A stretch of DNA of 57,700 bases from Candidatus Omnitrophota bacterium (GCA_016931055.1 JAFGFL010000072.1:1-57700), one strand, 5' to 3'. Counted from the first letter of the stretch, positions 18,487 through 29,155 are shown. Notes: generated by a model not told the origin, from the sequence alone. A program made the numbers and translations.

Positions 18487-19548
18487 ATGAAAAAATGGAC
18501 AAGAAGAGACTTTATTAAGAGCGGATTTCTAGCCTTATTAGGGACAGGTGCGGCTGTTTCTTTACGCCGGCTGGGCTTTGGCCGGGAATCGAATGAAGAT
18601 CTCGCCTCATCCCCAGGCCCTGATTTTGTCCCTTCTTACCTAAAATTGCATAAGCGGGGAGAATTGAAGAAACGCGGCGAGGCGCTTTGGGCAATGATGA
18701 GCCAATGCCGGCTTTGCCCGCGCGAATGCGGGACAAACCGTTTTGAGAATAAAGGGTTCTGTCATTCAACCGACCAACTGCAAATTGCCTCGTATCATCC
18801 GCATTTTGGCGAAGAGCGGCCTTTGGTCGGCCGCGGGGGTTCGGGGACCATCTTTCTCTCTAATTGCAGCCTGCGGTGCGTCTTCTGCATCAATTGGGAA
18901 ATCAGCCAGGGCGGCGAAGGGGGAATTGTCTCTCTCGATGACATGGCCGGGATGATGCTTGCCTTGCAAAGCCGCGGCTGCCATAATATCAATATCGTAA
19001 CACCTACGCATTACTCCCCTCATATCCTTCTCGCGCTTGACAAGGCCGCGGCCAAAGGATTGCGGATTCCTCTTGTCTGGAACACCTGCGGCTGGGAAAA
19101 GGTCGAGGTCTTAAGGAAACTGGACGGGATTGTCGATATCTATCTTCCCGACTTTAAATACGCGGACAGCCGTATGGCCGCGAAATATTCAAGCGACGCC
19201 TCATTCTATCCTGAGGTAACTAAACAGGCTTTACTGGAAATGCACCGGCAAGTCGGGGTCGCTAAGCCGGCCAAGAACGGATTGATGCGCCGCGGGCTCA
19301 TGCTCAGGCACCTGGTCATGCCCAATAATGTCAGCGGCACTAAGGAAGTCCTGCAATGGGTCGCGGCCAATCTGCCGAAGGACACCTACATCAACTTAAT
19401 GTCCCAATACACGCCCATATATAAAGCGCACCAATACCCTGATATCTCCAGGACCATTACCGAGCGGGAATACAGCGATGCCGTCCGCTGGGCAAAAGAA
19501 GCCGGACTGACCAATGTGGATTATCAATGGCGGTCATTTGCAGGATAA
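18487..19548 (+). CDS. PflX-like radical SAM protein with Tat-like signal
   Basis: CSLRCVFC, CRLCPREC, HFGEE, YLPDFKY; N-terminal TRRDFIK. Confidence 0.9.
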   Translation: MKKWTRRDFIKSGFLALLGTGAAVSLRRLGFGRESNEDLASSPGPDFVPSYLKLHKRGELKKRGEALWAMMSQCRLCPRECGTNRFENKGFCHSTDQLQIASYHPHFGEERPLVGRGGSGTIFLSNCSLRCVFCINWEISQGGEGGIVSLDDMAGMMLALQSRGCHNINIVTPTHYSPHILLALDKAAAKGLRIPLVWNTCGWEKVEVLRKLDGIVDIYLPDFKYADSRMAAKYSSDASFYPEVTKQALLEMHRQVGVAKPAKNGLMRRGLMLRHLVMPNNVSGTKEVLQWVAANLPKDTYINLMSQYTPIYKAHQYPDISRTITEREYSDAVRWAKEAGLTNVDYQWRSFAG

Positions 19549-19610
19549 AAAAAGGGACGGGAAGTAAATCTCCACACTATCAATGAGTTTCGAGCTTTTT
19601 TACAAGAAAC

Positions 19611-21077
19611 TTAAATATGTTTCTCCCCTTTAACTGCGCCGGCTTCCCATTTTCCAACGCCGTTCATAACATCCTTGAAACATAATTTAGCCAATTCATC
19701 GAAATTGCTTTGAAGGATCCGTTGTATGCGTCCGGGTTTCGAATAAAACTCCCGCATGCCCCATGCACCCAATCGACCCAATTCTTCAATGGTTAAATGG
19801 TCAGTTGGAACAACTGGGTGAAGAAAATCCCATTTGAGCATATCGATATTCTTTGGGTCAACCCATCCTTTTTTAATGCAGTCGCTCCAAAGAGGAGAAC
19901 CTGGTGGTGGCGTTAAATATCCGACCCACATGACATCAGGGTCAACTTGATCGGCAAATTCAAAACGTTGCTTAATGATCGCCTCCGTATCATAATCGAA
20001 CCCGATCATTATATCCCCCACAATCGCTATGTCATTCCTTCGCAAGACTTCAATCGTCTTGAAAATTTGCTCAACCGTAATCCCCTTGTCGAGTTTGCGT
20101 AATTCCCAATCATTGGCAACCTCAATGCCAAATACCCCCATGAAGAGTCCGGCCTTTTTCATGAGCGGAATATCTTTTTCCATTCTGACCCAGTCGCTCG
20201 CGCAGCCCAAGCTGACCCACTTCATCTGCAGTCCCCGCCGTATCTTCTCTTCACAGAATTCACGGACACGGGCAGGATTTAAGTTAAAATTATCTTCTTG
20301 AATGACCATCACTCTTGTGCCAAATTTTTTTTCTAACAACTCAACTTCTTCAATGACCTTTTTTGCGGATTTAGCCCGCCACCGCCTGAAGTTCTTGAGC
20401 GCTCGCGGGTCATGCTCGCTCCATTCATAGCAAAACGTGCATCCGTGGGTACAACCCCGCGAAGTAACAATCTCGACAAAAGGTTTCCAATAGGTATGTC
20501 CGACATATTGATCCATCGGGAAGAGGTCATACGCCGGTAAAGGCAACAGGTCGAGATTCTCCAAAAGCGGACGCACCGGGCCTAAAACGACCGAACCATT
20601 GCGCCGAGAAGATAACCCAGGAATGTTACTGAAATCCGTTTTTCCTTCGTTTAATGCTTCCATTAAATCATTAAAGGTAAGCTCCCCTTCGCCCATCACA
20701 ACAAAATCAATGGCTGAATTGTTTTCAAGCGTTTCTTTACCAAAAAAAGAATACCAAAGCCCGCCCACAACAATCTTCGTTTGAGGAAGAATCTTTTTTA
20801 TTGCTACTGCCGTATCATTAAAATATTTTTGTACCGCAAATCCGCCATAGGAATGCAGAATATCCCCCAAAACAACCACATCGGGGTTTTTTTCTTTGAC
20901 CTGATTGAGCATGACATCAAACGGAATTTCAAGTGCCTTGCAGTCTAAAACCTCCGGTTCGATTGTTCCCTTCTCACGAGCATAAGCCGCCCATTGCGCG
21001 TGCATTTGATTGGGGGCGACATGATGGCCGTGCGTCGCCCAAGAGCCCAAAAGCGGAGTTAAAAAAAGAACCTTCAT
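19611..21077 (-). CDS. B12-binding radical SAM protein
   Basis: GEGE and SRGCTHGCTFC motifs. Confidence 0.9.
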   Translation of the reverse strand: MKVLFLTPLLGSWATHGHHVAPNQMHAQWAAYAREKGTIEPEVLDCKALEIPFDVMLNQVKEKNPDVVVLGDILHSYGGFAVQKYFNDTAVAIKKILPQTKIVVGGLWYSFFGKETLENNSAIDFVVMGEGELTFNDLMEALNEGKTDFSNIPGLSSRRNGSVVLGPVRPLLENLDLLPLPAYDLFPMDQYVGHTYWKPFVEIVTSRGCTHGCTFCYEWSEHDPRALKNFRRWRAKSAKKVIEEVELLEKKFGTRVMVIQEDNFNLNPARVREFCEEKIRRGLQMKWVSLGCASDWVRMEKDIPLMKKAGLFMGVFGIEVANDWELRKLDKGITVEQIFKTIEVLRRNDIAIVGDIMIGFDYDTEAIIKQRFEFADQVDPDVMWVGYLTPPPGSPLWSDCIKKGWVDPKNIDMLKWDFLHPVVPTDHLTIEELGRLGAWGMREFYSKPGRIQRILQSNFDELAKLCFKDVMNGVGKWEAGAVKGEKHI

Positions 21078-21087
21078 GATTATCCTC

Positions 21088-21657
21088 CTATTTTACGATG
21101 CCTTTTGACCACATATCCATTACGGTTTCCAACGCCTGCTGAAAACTCACCCCTTCTTGCTGCAAAATCTCCGGGTCAATAATATTATTAACCGCCCCAA
21201 GATAAGCCCGAACCGCCAATGCGGGATTAACAGAACGGAATTTACCTTTCTTAATACCTGAAGCAACGAGCTTTTCTAAATCCATGACTTTTTCGGAACG
21301 GAAATCAACAAATTCCTGCCACAATTCCGGCAATTCAAGTTGAATATCTTTTAAAAAATGTTCAAACCAGGGGGCCAATTCCTGCTGCAAAAAGAGAACA
21401 TTCAGCGAAATAATTTTCAATGGGTCTTTTTCCGTCTTTTCAACCTTAATTTGATAATCGTTAATCTTATTTTTTATTTTCGCAACCAAACCTTTTGCAA
21501 TATCTATTTTGCTCGGGAAATGCAGATAGATCGTGTTTTTGCTCATCCGAAGGTCAGCGGCAATTTCATCCATGGTGACCTTGTGGTATCCAAAGCGAAC
21601 CATCCGGGTCCGTGCAGCAGACAGGATCTTGTCAGCGGCAGGATCAGTCTTTTTCAT
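21088..21657 (-). CDS. TetR/AcrR-family regulator
   Basis: GYHKVTMDEIAADL.MSKNTIYLHFPSK. Confidence 0.92.
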   Translation of the reverse strand: MKKTDPAADKILSAARTRMVRFGYHKVTMDEIAADLRMSKNTIYLHFPSKIDIAKGLVAKIKNKINDYQIKVEKTEKDPLKIISLNVLFLQQELAPWFEHFLKDIQLELPELWQEFVDFRSEKVMDLEKLVASGIKKGKFRSVNPALAVRAYLGAVNNIIDPEILQQEGVSFQQALETVMDMWSKGIVK

Positions 21658-21670
21658 AAAAGGCCTCCAT

Positions 21671-21687
21671 AATACTAGTTTAGTATT
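21671..21687. promoter_or_regulatory. Candidate TetR operator AATACTA-N3-TAGTATT
   Basis: Perfect palindrome just upstream of the tetR RBS. Confidence 0.55.
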
Positions 21688-21722
21688 TAAAGTATTGTAT
21701 CAAAGAAATCTGCCCTGTCAAC

Positions 21723-21758
21723 AAAAAAGCCCTTGTGACAATATAATCACAAGGGCTT
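21723..21758 (-). terminator. Intrinsic terminator of the nik operon
   Basis: AAGCCCTTGTGA/TCACAAGGGCTT stem plus T-run on the minus strand. Confidence 0.75.
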
Positions 21759-21892
21759 AAAAAGGGAAGCGGCAAAAAAATCCTCACAACCGCCCTCAAT
21801 GAACTCCCGCCCGTCATCGGATTCGGACTTTAGCTTGTCCCATAATATAAGTCTTTATGATGCGACTGTCCGGGGACCCCTGACAATGGCCT

Positions 21893-22624
21893 CTAACCGC
21901 CAAAAGCGAAAGTGAAGCCCGTGGACACTTTGTAATCCGGTTCGGCTTCTGAAATCCCTGAAGCCAAGCCCAGATCATACGTTACAGCATCGTTGATCGC
22001 ATAATTAAGACCGACCAGGCCTGATGTCGCGTTGTCATCGAACTTCCCGGATAATAGCGTATCTCCGAAGATTTCCCCGACAAGATTTATTTTCTCGTTT
22101 AAAGAATATTCCAGCGCGAAGCAGTAATTAAACGTATCTTCAAACTCTTTTTTAACCGAACAACCTAAATTCCCATAATACGTGATCTTATTAAATTGTT
22201 TTGAAAAGATGCCGGTGAACGTATATTCCGGCCTTCCCGTTCCCAGGGATTTCTCGTCATTTCCCGATTCGGTTTTGTATGCAAAAGACAGGGCAAAATC
22301 CGGCAAACGCTCTTGTTCATGAAGGATATTCCATTTTGACATGATCACAATATCAGAAAATCCATTTGTATCACCCTCATCTTCTAAATCAATAAATTGA
22401 TACGGAATCTCAACGCCAAGGTCAAGGTTCTTCAATACACCCGTCTTAAGAACAACGCTGTGATTATATTCCTTATCTGTGGCGTTGACATATTCATAAC
22501 CATATTCTAATTCTAAGGCACCAACATCAGCCGCTCCCGCATCGTCTGTCGCAAGAGGACGGGCCGCATAGGCATTTGAAACAAAAACAAGGCTCATGAT
22601 AAAAAGAGAAATATATTTTTTCAT
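21893..22624 (-). CDS. Outer-membrane beta-barrel transporter (ARPL.TDDA family)
   Basis: Signal peptide AYA-ARPLATDDAG; amphipathic strands; aromatic C-terminus. Confidence 0.75.
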   Translation of the reverse strand: MKKYISLFIMSLVFVSNAYAARPLATDDAGAADVGALELEYGYEYVNATDKEYNHSVVLKTGVLKNLDLGVEIPYQFIDLEDEGDTNGFSDIVIMSKWNILHEQERLPDFALSFAYKTESGNDEKSLGTGRPEYTFTGIFSKQFNKITYYGNLGCSVKKEFEDTFNYCFALEYSLNEKINLVGEIFGDTLLSGKFDDNATSGLVGLNYAINDAVTYDLGLASGISEAEPDYKVSTGFTFAFGG

Positions 22625-22649
22625 AATTCACTCCAAAGTTGAAATAATT

Positions 22650-23555
22650 TTAGGCTGAAATTTTAATTTTCGACTGCTCCAGGCTTTTACCTATGACCCA
22701 TGTCAGACCATAAACCAGGGCGATCCCCGCCCAACCGGCAAAAATCGTGGCAGCCGCGGCATTTGTAATAAATCCGGCTTGATAATCAGGAAACATGGCC
22801 GATATTTCAAAACCGCCGAATTCTAAGAAAGACAGTTTTTGCGCGACCCATTCCAATCCATCAGGAAAGCCGCTTGCAAAAGGACTTAATGTTACCGCCA
22901 CACCAGCCAACATAAAAGAGCCTAAGGCGAACTGCGGTTCTTTTTCCTGCCATAAAGCCGCATAAAAGCTCAAGACAGAAACCACGGCAACTGTCAATAA
23001 AGATTCACCGAGGCCAATAAGCGCGTGAACAGAAAGCATCGCCGGTAAAACCTTGTTAAACGTAACGGCCCCTGAAATGCCTACTTCTAAAGAACAGGCA
23101 AAGGCGCCGATCAATACTGAAAAGAAAGCCGCGATGCCCAAAGAAACGTGTTTATTTATTTTTTTGGCCTTGAGCGCAGAATAAACAACGCCTCCTAATC
23201 CCGCCCCCAAAAGCGACATATTAAGGATGTTGGCGCCCAACGCATTGATGCCTCCGTCCCCAAAGAACACGGCCTGGACGGCAAGAACAACAGCCGTCGA
23301 CAAAATGGCAAAAGGTATGCCCAATAGACTTACTCCTAAGAGAGCGCCTACAAGATGCCCGGATGTTCCGTTTTGAACAGGATAATTCAGCATCTGAAGA
23401 GCGAACATAAGCGCTGTTACCGCAGCAAATTTTGCGGCAGACGGCTTATTTTCATTCTTTTTGGCAACTGTTGCAGCAACTCCTAATCCCAAGACCGAAA
23501 CTGCTGCGGTGACCGGACATATCGCCCCGTTTAACATGGATGTTGGAATGTGCAT
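22650..23555 (-). CDS. nikM: ECF nickel/cobalt substrate component NikMN/CbiM with PDGLE domain
   Basis: MHIP N-terminus, GTSGHLVG, DGG, PDGLE. Confidence 0.88.
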   Translation of the reverse strand: MHIPTSMLNGAICPVTAAVSVLGLGVAATVAKKNENKPSAAKFAAVTALMFALQMLNYPVQNGTSGHLVGALLGVSLLGIPFAILSTAVVLAVQAVFFGDGGINALGANILNMSLLGAGLGGVVYSALKAKKINKHVSLGIAAFFSVLIGAFACSLEVGISGAVTFNKVLPAMLSVHALIGLGESLLTVAVVSVLSFYAALWQEKEPQFALGSFMLAGVAVTLSPFASGFPDGLEWVAQKLSFLEFGGFEISAMFPDYQAGFITNAAAATIFAGWAGIALVYGLTWVIGKSLEQSKIKISA

Positions 23556-23575
23556 GTTTCCCTCCCTCGTTTTTT

Positions 23576-23602
23576 GTATTACGATTTTAATTTTCGTGCT
23601 AC
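23576..23602. promoter_or_regulatory. NikR operator upstream of nikM
   Basis: GTATTAC-N13-GTGCTAC. Confidence 0.7.
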
Positions 23603-23626
23603 CAACTGACAAAAAAATAATACGGC

Positions 23627-24043
23627 TCAGCTTAAATTCTTGCCTGTGGCGGACATGCTTAATGTCCCGTGTTTAACACCCTTGACGGCTTTCAACAAAT
23701 CAGCCAATTTCAAGACCTCTTGAGGAGATCCTTTGACCGCAATGATCTCTAAACAGTTATCATGATCCAAATGGACGTGTTGAGAGGAAATGATCACCTT
23801 CTGGAAATCATGCTGGATATCCGTGATTGTGTTCATCAGCTCTCTTTTGTGGTGATTATAAATCAGAGTGACGGCGCCGGCAATTTCACTCCCTTCCTGC
23901 CACGCCTGTTCAACCAGATCATGCCGGATCAAATCACGGATGGCTTCCGAACGGTTGGTATATCCTTCGCGCTGGATCCTCTTATCAAACTTTTTAGAAA
24001 GCTCTTTTTCTAATGAAATGCCAAATCTGATCAAGTCAGTCAT
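23627..24043 (-). CDS. nikR: Nickel-responsive regulator NikR
   Basis: RFGISL, NRSEAIRDLIR, HVHLDHDNCLE. Confidence 0.96.
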   Translation of the reverse strand: MTDLIRFGISLEKELSKKFDKRIQREGYTNRSEAIRDLIRHDLVEQAWQEGSEIAGAVTLIYNHHKRELMNTITDIQHDFQKVIISSQHVHLDHDNCLEIIAVKGSPQEVLKLADLLKAVKGVKHGTLSMSATGKNLS

Positions 24044-24055
24044 ATCGCTTGTCCT

Positions 24056-24082
24056 GTGTTACGATTTTTAGGATTTTAACAC
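24056..24082. promoter_or_regulatory. NikR operator upstream of nikR
   Basis: GTGTTAC-N13-TTAACAC. Confidence 0.75.
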
Positions 24083-24230
24083 AACAATTATCAGAGTCAA
24101 CTGATTTTTAATTTTTGAACACGAAACCGGGAGCATTTCGCCATTTTTGCTTCGAATGCTCTCGAATTCCTCAACGGAGATTTAATATTTTAGGGAAAAA
24201 ATATGGGCACAACCTTTTATGACGTTAGGT

Positions 24231-24265
24231 CAAAAAAATCCCCAGAGTTTATGGCTCCGGGGATT
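24231..24265 (-). terminator. Intrinsic terminator
   Basis: ATCCCCGGAG/CTCTGGGAT stem plus poly-T on the minus strand. Confidence 0.7.
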
Positions 24266-24377
24266 ACTTATAACACTTTATCTTCCGAGCACGTACACAA
24301 GACTGGGGCCCCTTAAGAGAGCCTCCCTGCCAGATCAACTATTCAGCATCACTTTCTTCGACCTTCCTATTCCATCG

Positions 24378-24770
24378 TCACCGGCCCTTCTTCATCATCT
24401 TTTCCTTCTTCATCGCCTTCCTTTCCTGCACGGCCTCTTCTTTTTCCGCCTTCCACTCATCATACTTGACTTTCTGATCGTCCGTCAAGAGGGCCTTGAT
24501 TTTGGCGGAATATTCCTCGGCAATACTCTCCTTCTTGGCACGGCATTCTTCCATAACCGCTTTTTTCTTCTCGGCCTTTTCCGTGATCAATGCCTTTACT
24601 TCATCCGCTTGTTCCTGCGTTAACCCGAGTCTTTCAGTCATTTTCGCGGCCTTCTCCTGAACCGACCCTTCGTTCATTTTTGCCTTGGCACCTTTACAAT
24701 TGCTGCATTCGGCATAAGCCATCGTTGCGGCGAATAACAAGGCTACAGTTAACAAAATTACTCTTTTCAT
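24378..24770 (-). CDS. Exported helical protein, Spy/CpxP-like
   Basis: Signal peptide AYA; LGLTQEQ and LLTDDQ (LTxxQ) motifs. Confidence 0.7.
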   Translation of the reverse strand: MKRVILLTVALLFAATMAYAECSNCKGAKAKMNEGSVQEKAAKMTERLGLTQEQADEVKALITEKAEKKKAVMEECRAKKESIAEEYSAKIKALLTDDQKVKYDEWKAEKEEAVQERKAMKKEKMMKKGR

Positions 24771-24907
24771 TTATCCCTCCTTTTGTTCTCTTATTCCTTT
24801 TATCCCATTTGTTAGTCGCAATAACTGTAAAGCGCTTACAAAGGTTATTGTCTTAATCTAGAAACCAGCCACTGGTGCCGGTGAGAGAATCTATCAGAGC
24901 CGTTGCC

Positions 24908-27900
24908 CTATTTTGTCTTCTTTGCCTCTTCCCGTTCCTGGATGATCTTCTCCTGGATCGCGCGGGGGACCGGCGCGTAAAAGGCCGGTTCCATAGAAAA
25001 GGACGCGCGCCCCTGGGAGAGCGACCTGAGGGCGTTGGCGTAATTGAACATCTCGGAAAGCGGGACCTCGCATTTGACCGTTTTCAACTTTCCCTGAACG
25101 CCCATATCAACAATCTTGGCCCTGCGGGAATTCAGGTCACCCACGACCGCCCCGTTATATTCCTCCGGCACGGCGCAATCGACGACCATGATAGGCTCCA
25201 AGAAGATGCATTTGCCCTGCCTCAGCGCCTCGAGCAGCGCCCTTTTGGCCGCTGTCTGGAAAGCGATGTCGCTTGAGTCCACCTCGTGGAACGAACCGTC
25301 AATCAGGGTCACCGTAAAATCCGTGACCGGATATTGCGCCAAGACCCCTTTTTGCGACTGGGCCGCGATGCCCTTCTTTATAGAAGGGATATATTCCTGC
25401 GGGATCGCACCGCCTTTGATCTTGTCAATGAATTCAATCCCTTTGCCCGGTTTCTCGGCAGGTTCGACATTGATCACACAGTGCCCATACTGGCCGCGGC
25501 CTCCGGTCTGCGAAATGAACTTGCCTTCGATCTTCTCGACCTTCTGTGTCACCGTCTCCCGGTAGGCCACCTGCGGCCGGCCGATATCGATGTTCAGGTC
25601 ATGCTCGCGTTTCATCCGGTCGACCACGATATCCAAATGCAGCTCGCCCATCCCCGAGAGGATGGTTTGGCCCGTCTCCTCATCGTAACGGCTGGTTAAG
25701 GACGGGTCCTCATCCAGGAACCTGTGCAGGATCTCCCCCATCTTGTTCTGGTCGCCTTTTGACTTGGGCGAAATGGCCATCGAAACCACCGGCTCCGGGA
25801 TGTTCATGCTTTCCAAAACGATCTGCCGCTCGGCGTCGCTGATCGTATCGCCGGATTTTGTTTCCTTAAGGCCGACCAAGGCAATAATGCTTCCGGCAGA
25901 GGCCTTGTTAACAATCTCCTGCTTATTGGAATGCATGACCACAATTTTCGCGATCCGTTCCTTTTTGCCGCGCGTCGTGTTGTAGACGGTTTCGCCGGAA
26001 TCGATCCTGCCCGAATAGATCCTTGTATAGAACAATTTGCCGACGTAAGGGTCAGAGGCGACTTTAAAGACCAGCGCGCTTAAAGACTCCGCGTAAGACG
26101 TTTTGCGCTCCACTTCCGCTCCGTCTTCGGACATAGGGTCCTTGCCCTTGACCGGCGGGACGTCCAAAGGCGACGGCAAATAATCGATAACGGCGTCAAG
26201 CACCAGTTGCACCCCGCGGTTGTGCAGGGCCGTCCCGACCAAGACCGGGAAGAAAGAATTCTTGCAGACGCCTCGGCGTATCGCCGCCTGGACCTGCTCG
26301 ACCGTGATCTCCTTCTTGCCCGCCACATGCTCCATAATTTCTTCATCAACCTCCGACAGCCGCTCAAGAAGGACATGCCTCAGCTGCTCGCACTTTTCTC
26401 TTAAAGGTTCGGGGATATCCTGACGCTGTAATTTCAGGCCGTCCTCATCCAGGTAGGTGATATATTGCCTTTGAATCACATCGACAATCCCTTTAAATTC
26501 ATTTTCCGTCCCGTCAGCAAACTGGATCGCGGCCGCGTTGGCCCCCAGCCGGTCATGGATCTGCCCAATCACGCGCTCGGCATCGGCGCCCAGCCGGTCG
26601 ATCTTGTTGATAAAGAAGATCCGCGGCACATGATAACGGTCGGCCTGCCGCCAGACCGTTTCGGTCTGGGCCTGCACCCCGCTTGTGGCGCACAAGACAA
26701 CGACCGCCCCGTCCAGGACCTTCAGGGAACGTTCGACCTCAACGGTAAAATCAACGTGGCCGGGCGTGTCGATAATATTGATCCTTTTCCTGTTCCAAAA
26801 ACACGTTATGCTCGCCGCCGTGATGGTGATCCCGCGTTCCTGCTCCTGGGGCATCCAGTCCATGACGGCGTTGCCTTGGTCGACCGTCCCCATTTTATGG
26901 ATGACCCCCGTATAATAGAGGATGCGTTCCGTGGTCGTGGTCTTTCCGGCGTCAATATGCGCGATGATGCCGATATTCCTCGTGTCTTTTAATTTTTCCT
27001 CTTCTTCGGCGTCGGTTTCTTCGGGTGTCTGAGCTTTCGGCTGTTCTGCGGCAGCTTCCGTGGCGGGTGATGCTGGTGGGACTACGGATCCTTCTGATGC
27101 CGGAAGCGCCGATCCGCTGGAAGGTGTCTCTGTTACGGCGCTTTCCTCTTTCTTCGTTTCCCCCGCCGGTTTGGCTTGCGCCTCAAGAGGCCCTGGTTCC
27201 TTTAACTCTTCGGCTTTCGCCTCGGTTATGAGTTGAGAGATTTTCTGGATTTCCTCCGGGGACAATGTCCCGCCTTCCTTCAGTTTCTGCGCCAAAACGG
27301 CTATCTGTTTATCTTTTTCCTTGATCAGGGCCTCTCTCTGGTTTAATTGCCCTAATAAAGTCTCAGCCCTCTTCTTTTCATCCTGAAATTCCTTGCGGGC
27401 CTTTTCAAGCTCATTTTCCTTCTCAAGGACTTCTTTTTGGCGCCGGTTGATTTTCTGTTCCAATTGATCGGCCCGCCGCTTCCATGATTCCACTTCTCTC
27501 GTTGCATCATCACTTTTTTTCTCGATCTCATAGTGCTTGTCTTTGGCGTCCTTGACCTCTTTCTCAAGCGCATTCTTGACCTGATTAAACTCTTTGCGTT
27601 TTTTTGTTTCTTCCTTTAAAACTTGCCGGTGCTTTTCCAACTCGGCTTGGTTTTCATCAAAATGTTTTTGAAGTTCCGCATATTTTTCCTGCAGCTCGCT
27701 CAACTGGAGAGACAGATGAATTTCTTCCTCAAGATCTTTATGTTCGGCGGGGGTAAGAGGTTTGAAAGGAGATTCATCGGGTATTTCAACAAGGGCGTTT
27801 AACTCTTCATGTTTCGGCTTTTCTTTCGTCTCTTCCCTTGGCGCTTGCGCAGGGCCTTCTTCCTTTATAACCGTTGTCAAAATGTCCACCAGGGGTTTCC

Positions 27901-28000
27901 TGCTTCTTGAGTTCTGCTGTTGTTCATCCCGGAACACAAGGAATAACGCGGCCCCCATGCCGAGGAAACATATCACCGTTACAAAAAGCAATGCCCCCAT
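24908..28000 (-). CDS. fusA: Elongation factor G fused to an N-terminal TM helix and coiled coil (about 335 aa)
   Basis: Full EF-G ([50 protein letters not shown]) in the last ~695 aa of a 1030-aa ORF. Confidence 0.92.
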   Translation of the reverse strand: MGALLFVTVICFLGMGAALFLVFRDEQQQNSRSRKPLVDILTTVIKEEGPAQAPREETKEKPKHEELNALVEIPDESPFKPLTPAEHKDLEEEIHLSLQLSELQEKYAELQKHFDENQAELEKHRQVLKEETKKRKEFNQVKNALEKEVKDAKDKHYEIEKKSDDATREVESWKRRADQLEQKINRRQKEVLEKENELEKARKEFQDEKKRAETLLGQLNQREALIKEKDKQIAVLAQKLKEGGTLSPEEIQKISQLITEAKAEELKEPGPLEAQAKPAGETKKEESAVTETPSSGSALPASEGSVVPPASPATEAAAEQPKAQTPEETDAEEEEKLKDTRNIGIIAHIDAGKTTTTERILYYTGVIHKMGTVDQGNAVMDWMPQEQERGITITAASITCFWNRKRINIIDTPGHVDFTVEVERSLKVLDGAVVVLCATSGVQAQTETVWRQADRYHVPRIFFINKIDRLGADAERVIGQIHDRLGANAAAIQFADGTENEFKGIVDVIQRQYITYLDEDGLKLQRQDIPEPLREKCEQLRHVLLERLSEVDEEIMEHVAGKKEITVEQVQAAIRRGVCKNSFFPVLVGTALHNRGVQLVLDAVIDYLPSPLDVPPVKGKDPMSEDGAEVERKTSYAESLSALVFKVASDPYVGKLFYTRIYSGRIDSGETVYNTTRGKKERIAKIVVMHSNKQEIVNKASAGSIIALVGLKETKSGDTISDAERQIVLESMNIPEPVVSMAISPKSKGDQNKMGEILHRFLDEDPSLTSRYDEETGQTILSGMGELHLDIVVDRMKREHDLNIDIGRPQVAYRETVTQKVEKIEGKFISQTGGRGQYGHCVINVEPAEKPGKGIEFIDKIKGGAIPQEYIPSIKKGIAAQSQKGVLAQYPVTDFTVTLIDGSFHEVDSSDIAFQTAAKRALLEALRQGKCIFLEPIMVVDCAVPEEYNGAVVGDLNSRRAKIVDMGVQGKLKTVKCEVPLSEMFNYANALRSLSQGRASFSMEPAFYAPVPRAIQEKIIQEREEAKKTK

Positions 28001-28046
28001 AAAAATGTTCCTTTTTTAAAAAAGGTGACAGCCACTTTCTTATATA

Positions 28047-28138
28047 GTCATTCTGACACCGAACGAAGTTCGGTGGAAGAATCTCGACAGTTTAGATCCT
28101 TCCACCCAATTGTTTAACACTAGAGGCGTCAGGATGAC
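28047..28138. repeat. GTCATTCTG...CAGGATGAC stem-loop repeat
   Basis: Contains GAAGAATCT/AGATCCTTC; same family as 141-208. Confidence 0.75.
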
Positions 28139-28178
28139 ACGATAAAAAAAAGTGACCGCCACCTTATAAGAGTCTTCT

Positions 28179-28562
28179 TTACAATCCTAACTGTTTTTTC
28201 GCGATTTCGTTACTGAAGGCATACAGCAATTTCGCATAGATCGTTCTGGCCCGGTCAGACATGTGCTCGATCGTAACGACCGTCTCAAAAAATATCGAAC
28301 GGGCTTTACAAGCCGTGCAACGCAGAACCTTGCAATCATATAATAATTTCTCGTTTTCCAGAGGGGTGGAGATAAGCAATTGCATCTCGGTCTCCTCAGG
28401 AAATTTCTCAGTGGTAAGAAAACAGATGCCGGACTCGCTCATATTGATGGGGGTCACCGCATCCCAGGTTTCCTTGCTTCCAGGGGCATTGCTGCGGAAT
28501 TTCATCGTGTACGGCAACTTCACGCGCTGGTGACGCCTTTTTTCCATACCATCCATTTCCAT
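28179..28562 (-). CDS. PilZ-domain protein
   Basis: EKRRHQR (RxxxR) and NMSESG (D/NxSxxG). Confidence 0.85.
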   Translation of the reverse strand: MEMDGMEKRRHQRVKLPYTMKFRSNAPGSKETWDAVTPINMSESGICFLTTEKFPEETEMQLLISTPLENEKLLYDCKVLRCTACKARSIFFETVVTIEHMSDRARTIYAKLLYAFSNEIAKKQLGL

Positions 28563-28739
28563 CGCAACCCCTTTCCCTGTTACGTTAAGTATATCACACG
28601 AAGGAACATGAAAAAACAATTGAACGCAAAAAAAGAATAGCCGCTTTTTCACCTGTCATCTTTCCCTTTGCCCAGGATGACGGTGATAAGCGGCTATTGT
28701 TTTTTATCCTGTTACCTCGTTCCCTTTTAAGCGATGCCC

Positions 28740-29063
28740 TTAGCGTCTATGCCGATCCAGATAATCCGGATACCGAAACCTTTCGTTCTTGCTCAGTTCG
28801 CAACAATATCCTTTATACCGTCCCAGCCGGCGCGGCCCACGGCGGTAGCAAACCCCTTTCGGGGGATGACACGTTTTGACAATAACATGGGTCTTTCCCC
28901 TATGATGGCCGTCATTAATAAGGACATCCATGACCCGGACAATTTTCTTAAATGCCCTGTAATCATCGTTGTCATTGCGCCCTTTGTCGCTGGCCCAGAC
29001 CTGCTGCCCTCCCGCTAAAAGCAAGATCGAGGTTGCCGCGGTTAAGATGATGAGTTTTTTCAT
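28740..29063 (-). CDS. Hypothetical exported basic protein
   Basis: MKKLIIL signal peptide; AAGGGGG RBS. Confidence 0.6.
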   Translation of the reverse strand: MKKLIILTAATSILLLAGGQQVWASDKGRNDNDDYRAFKKIVRVMDVLINDGHHRGKTHVIVKTCHPPKGVCYRRGPRRLGRYKGYCCELSKNERFRYPDYLDRHRR

Positions 29064-29155
29064 GATTCCCCCCTTTTTGTGAACATGCGTTGATCTGTCA
29101 ATTCCCAGTCCATCAAACACATGTTGCGCAAAAAGGTTTCGTGGGAAAACAAAAA

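Noticed and set aside
24266-24377. ncRNA between the Spy-like gene and its terminator
   Set aside because: Only a weak hairpin and no recognisable family motif; most likely a 3' UTR.
26990-28000. Separate gene joined to fusA by a frameshift or readthrough artefact
   Set aside because: No stop codon, internal start or RBS at the junction, and the linker looks natural; a read-level check is still advisable.
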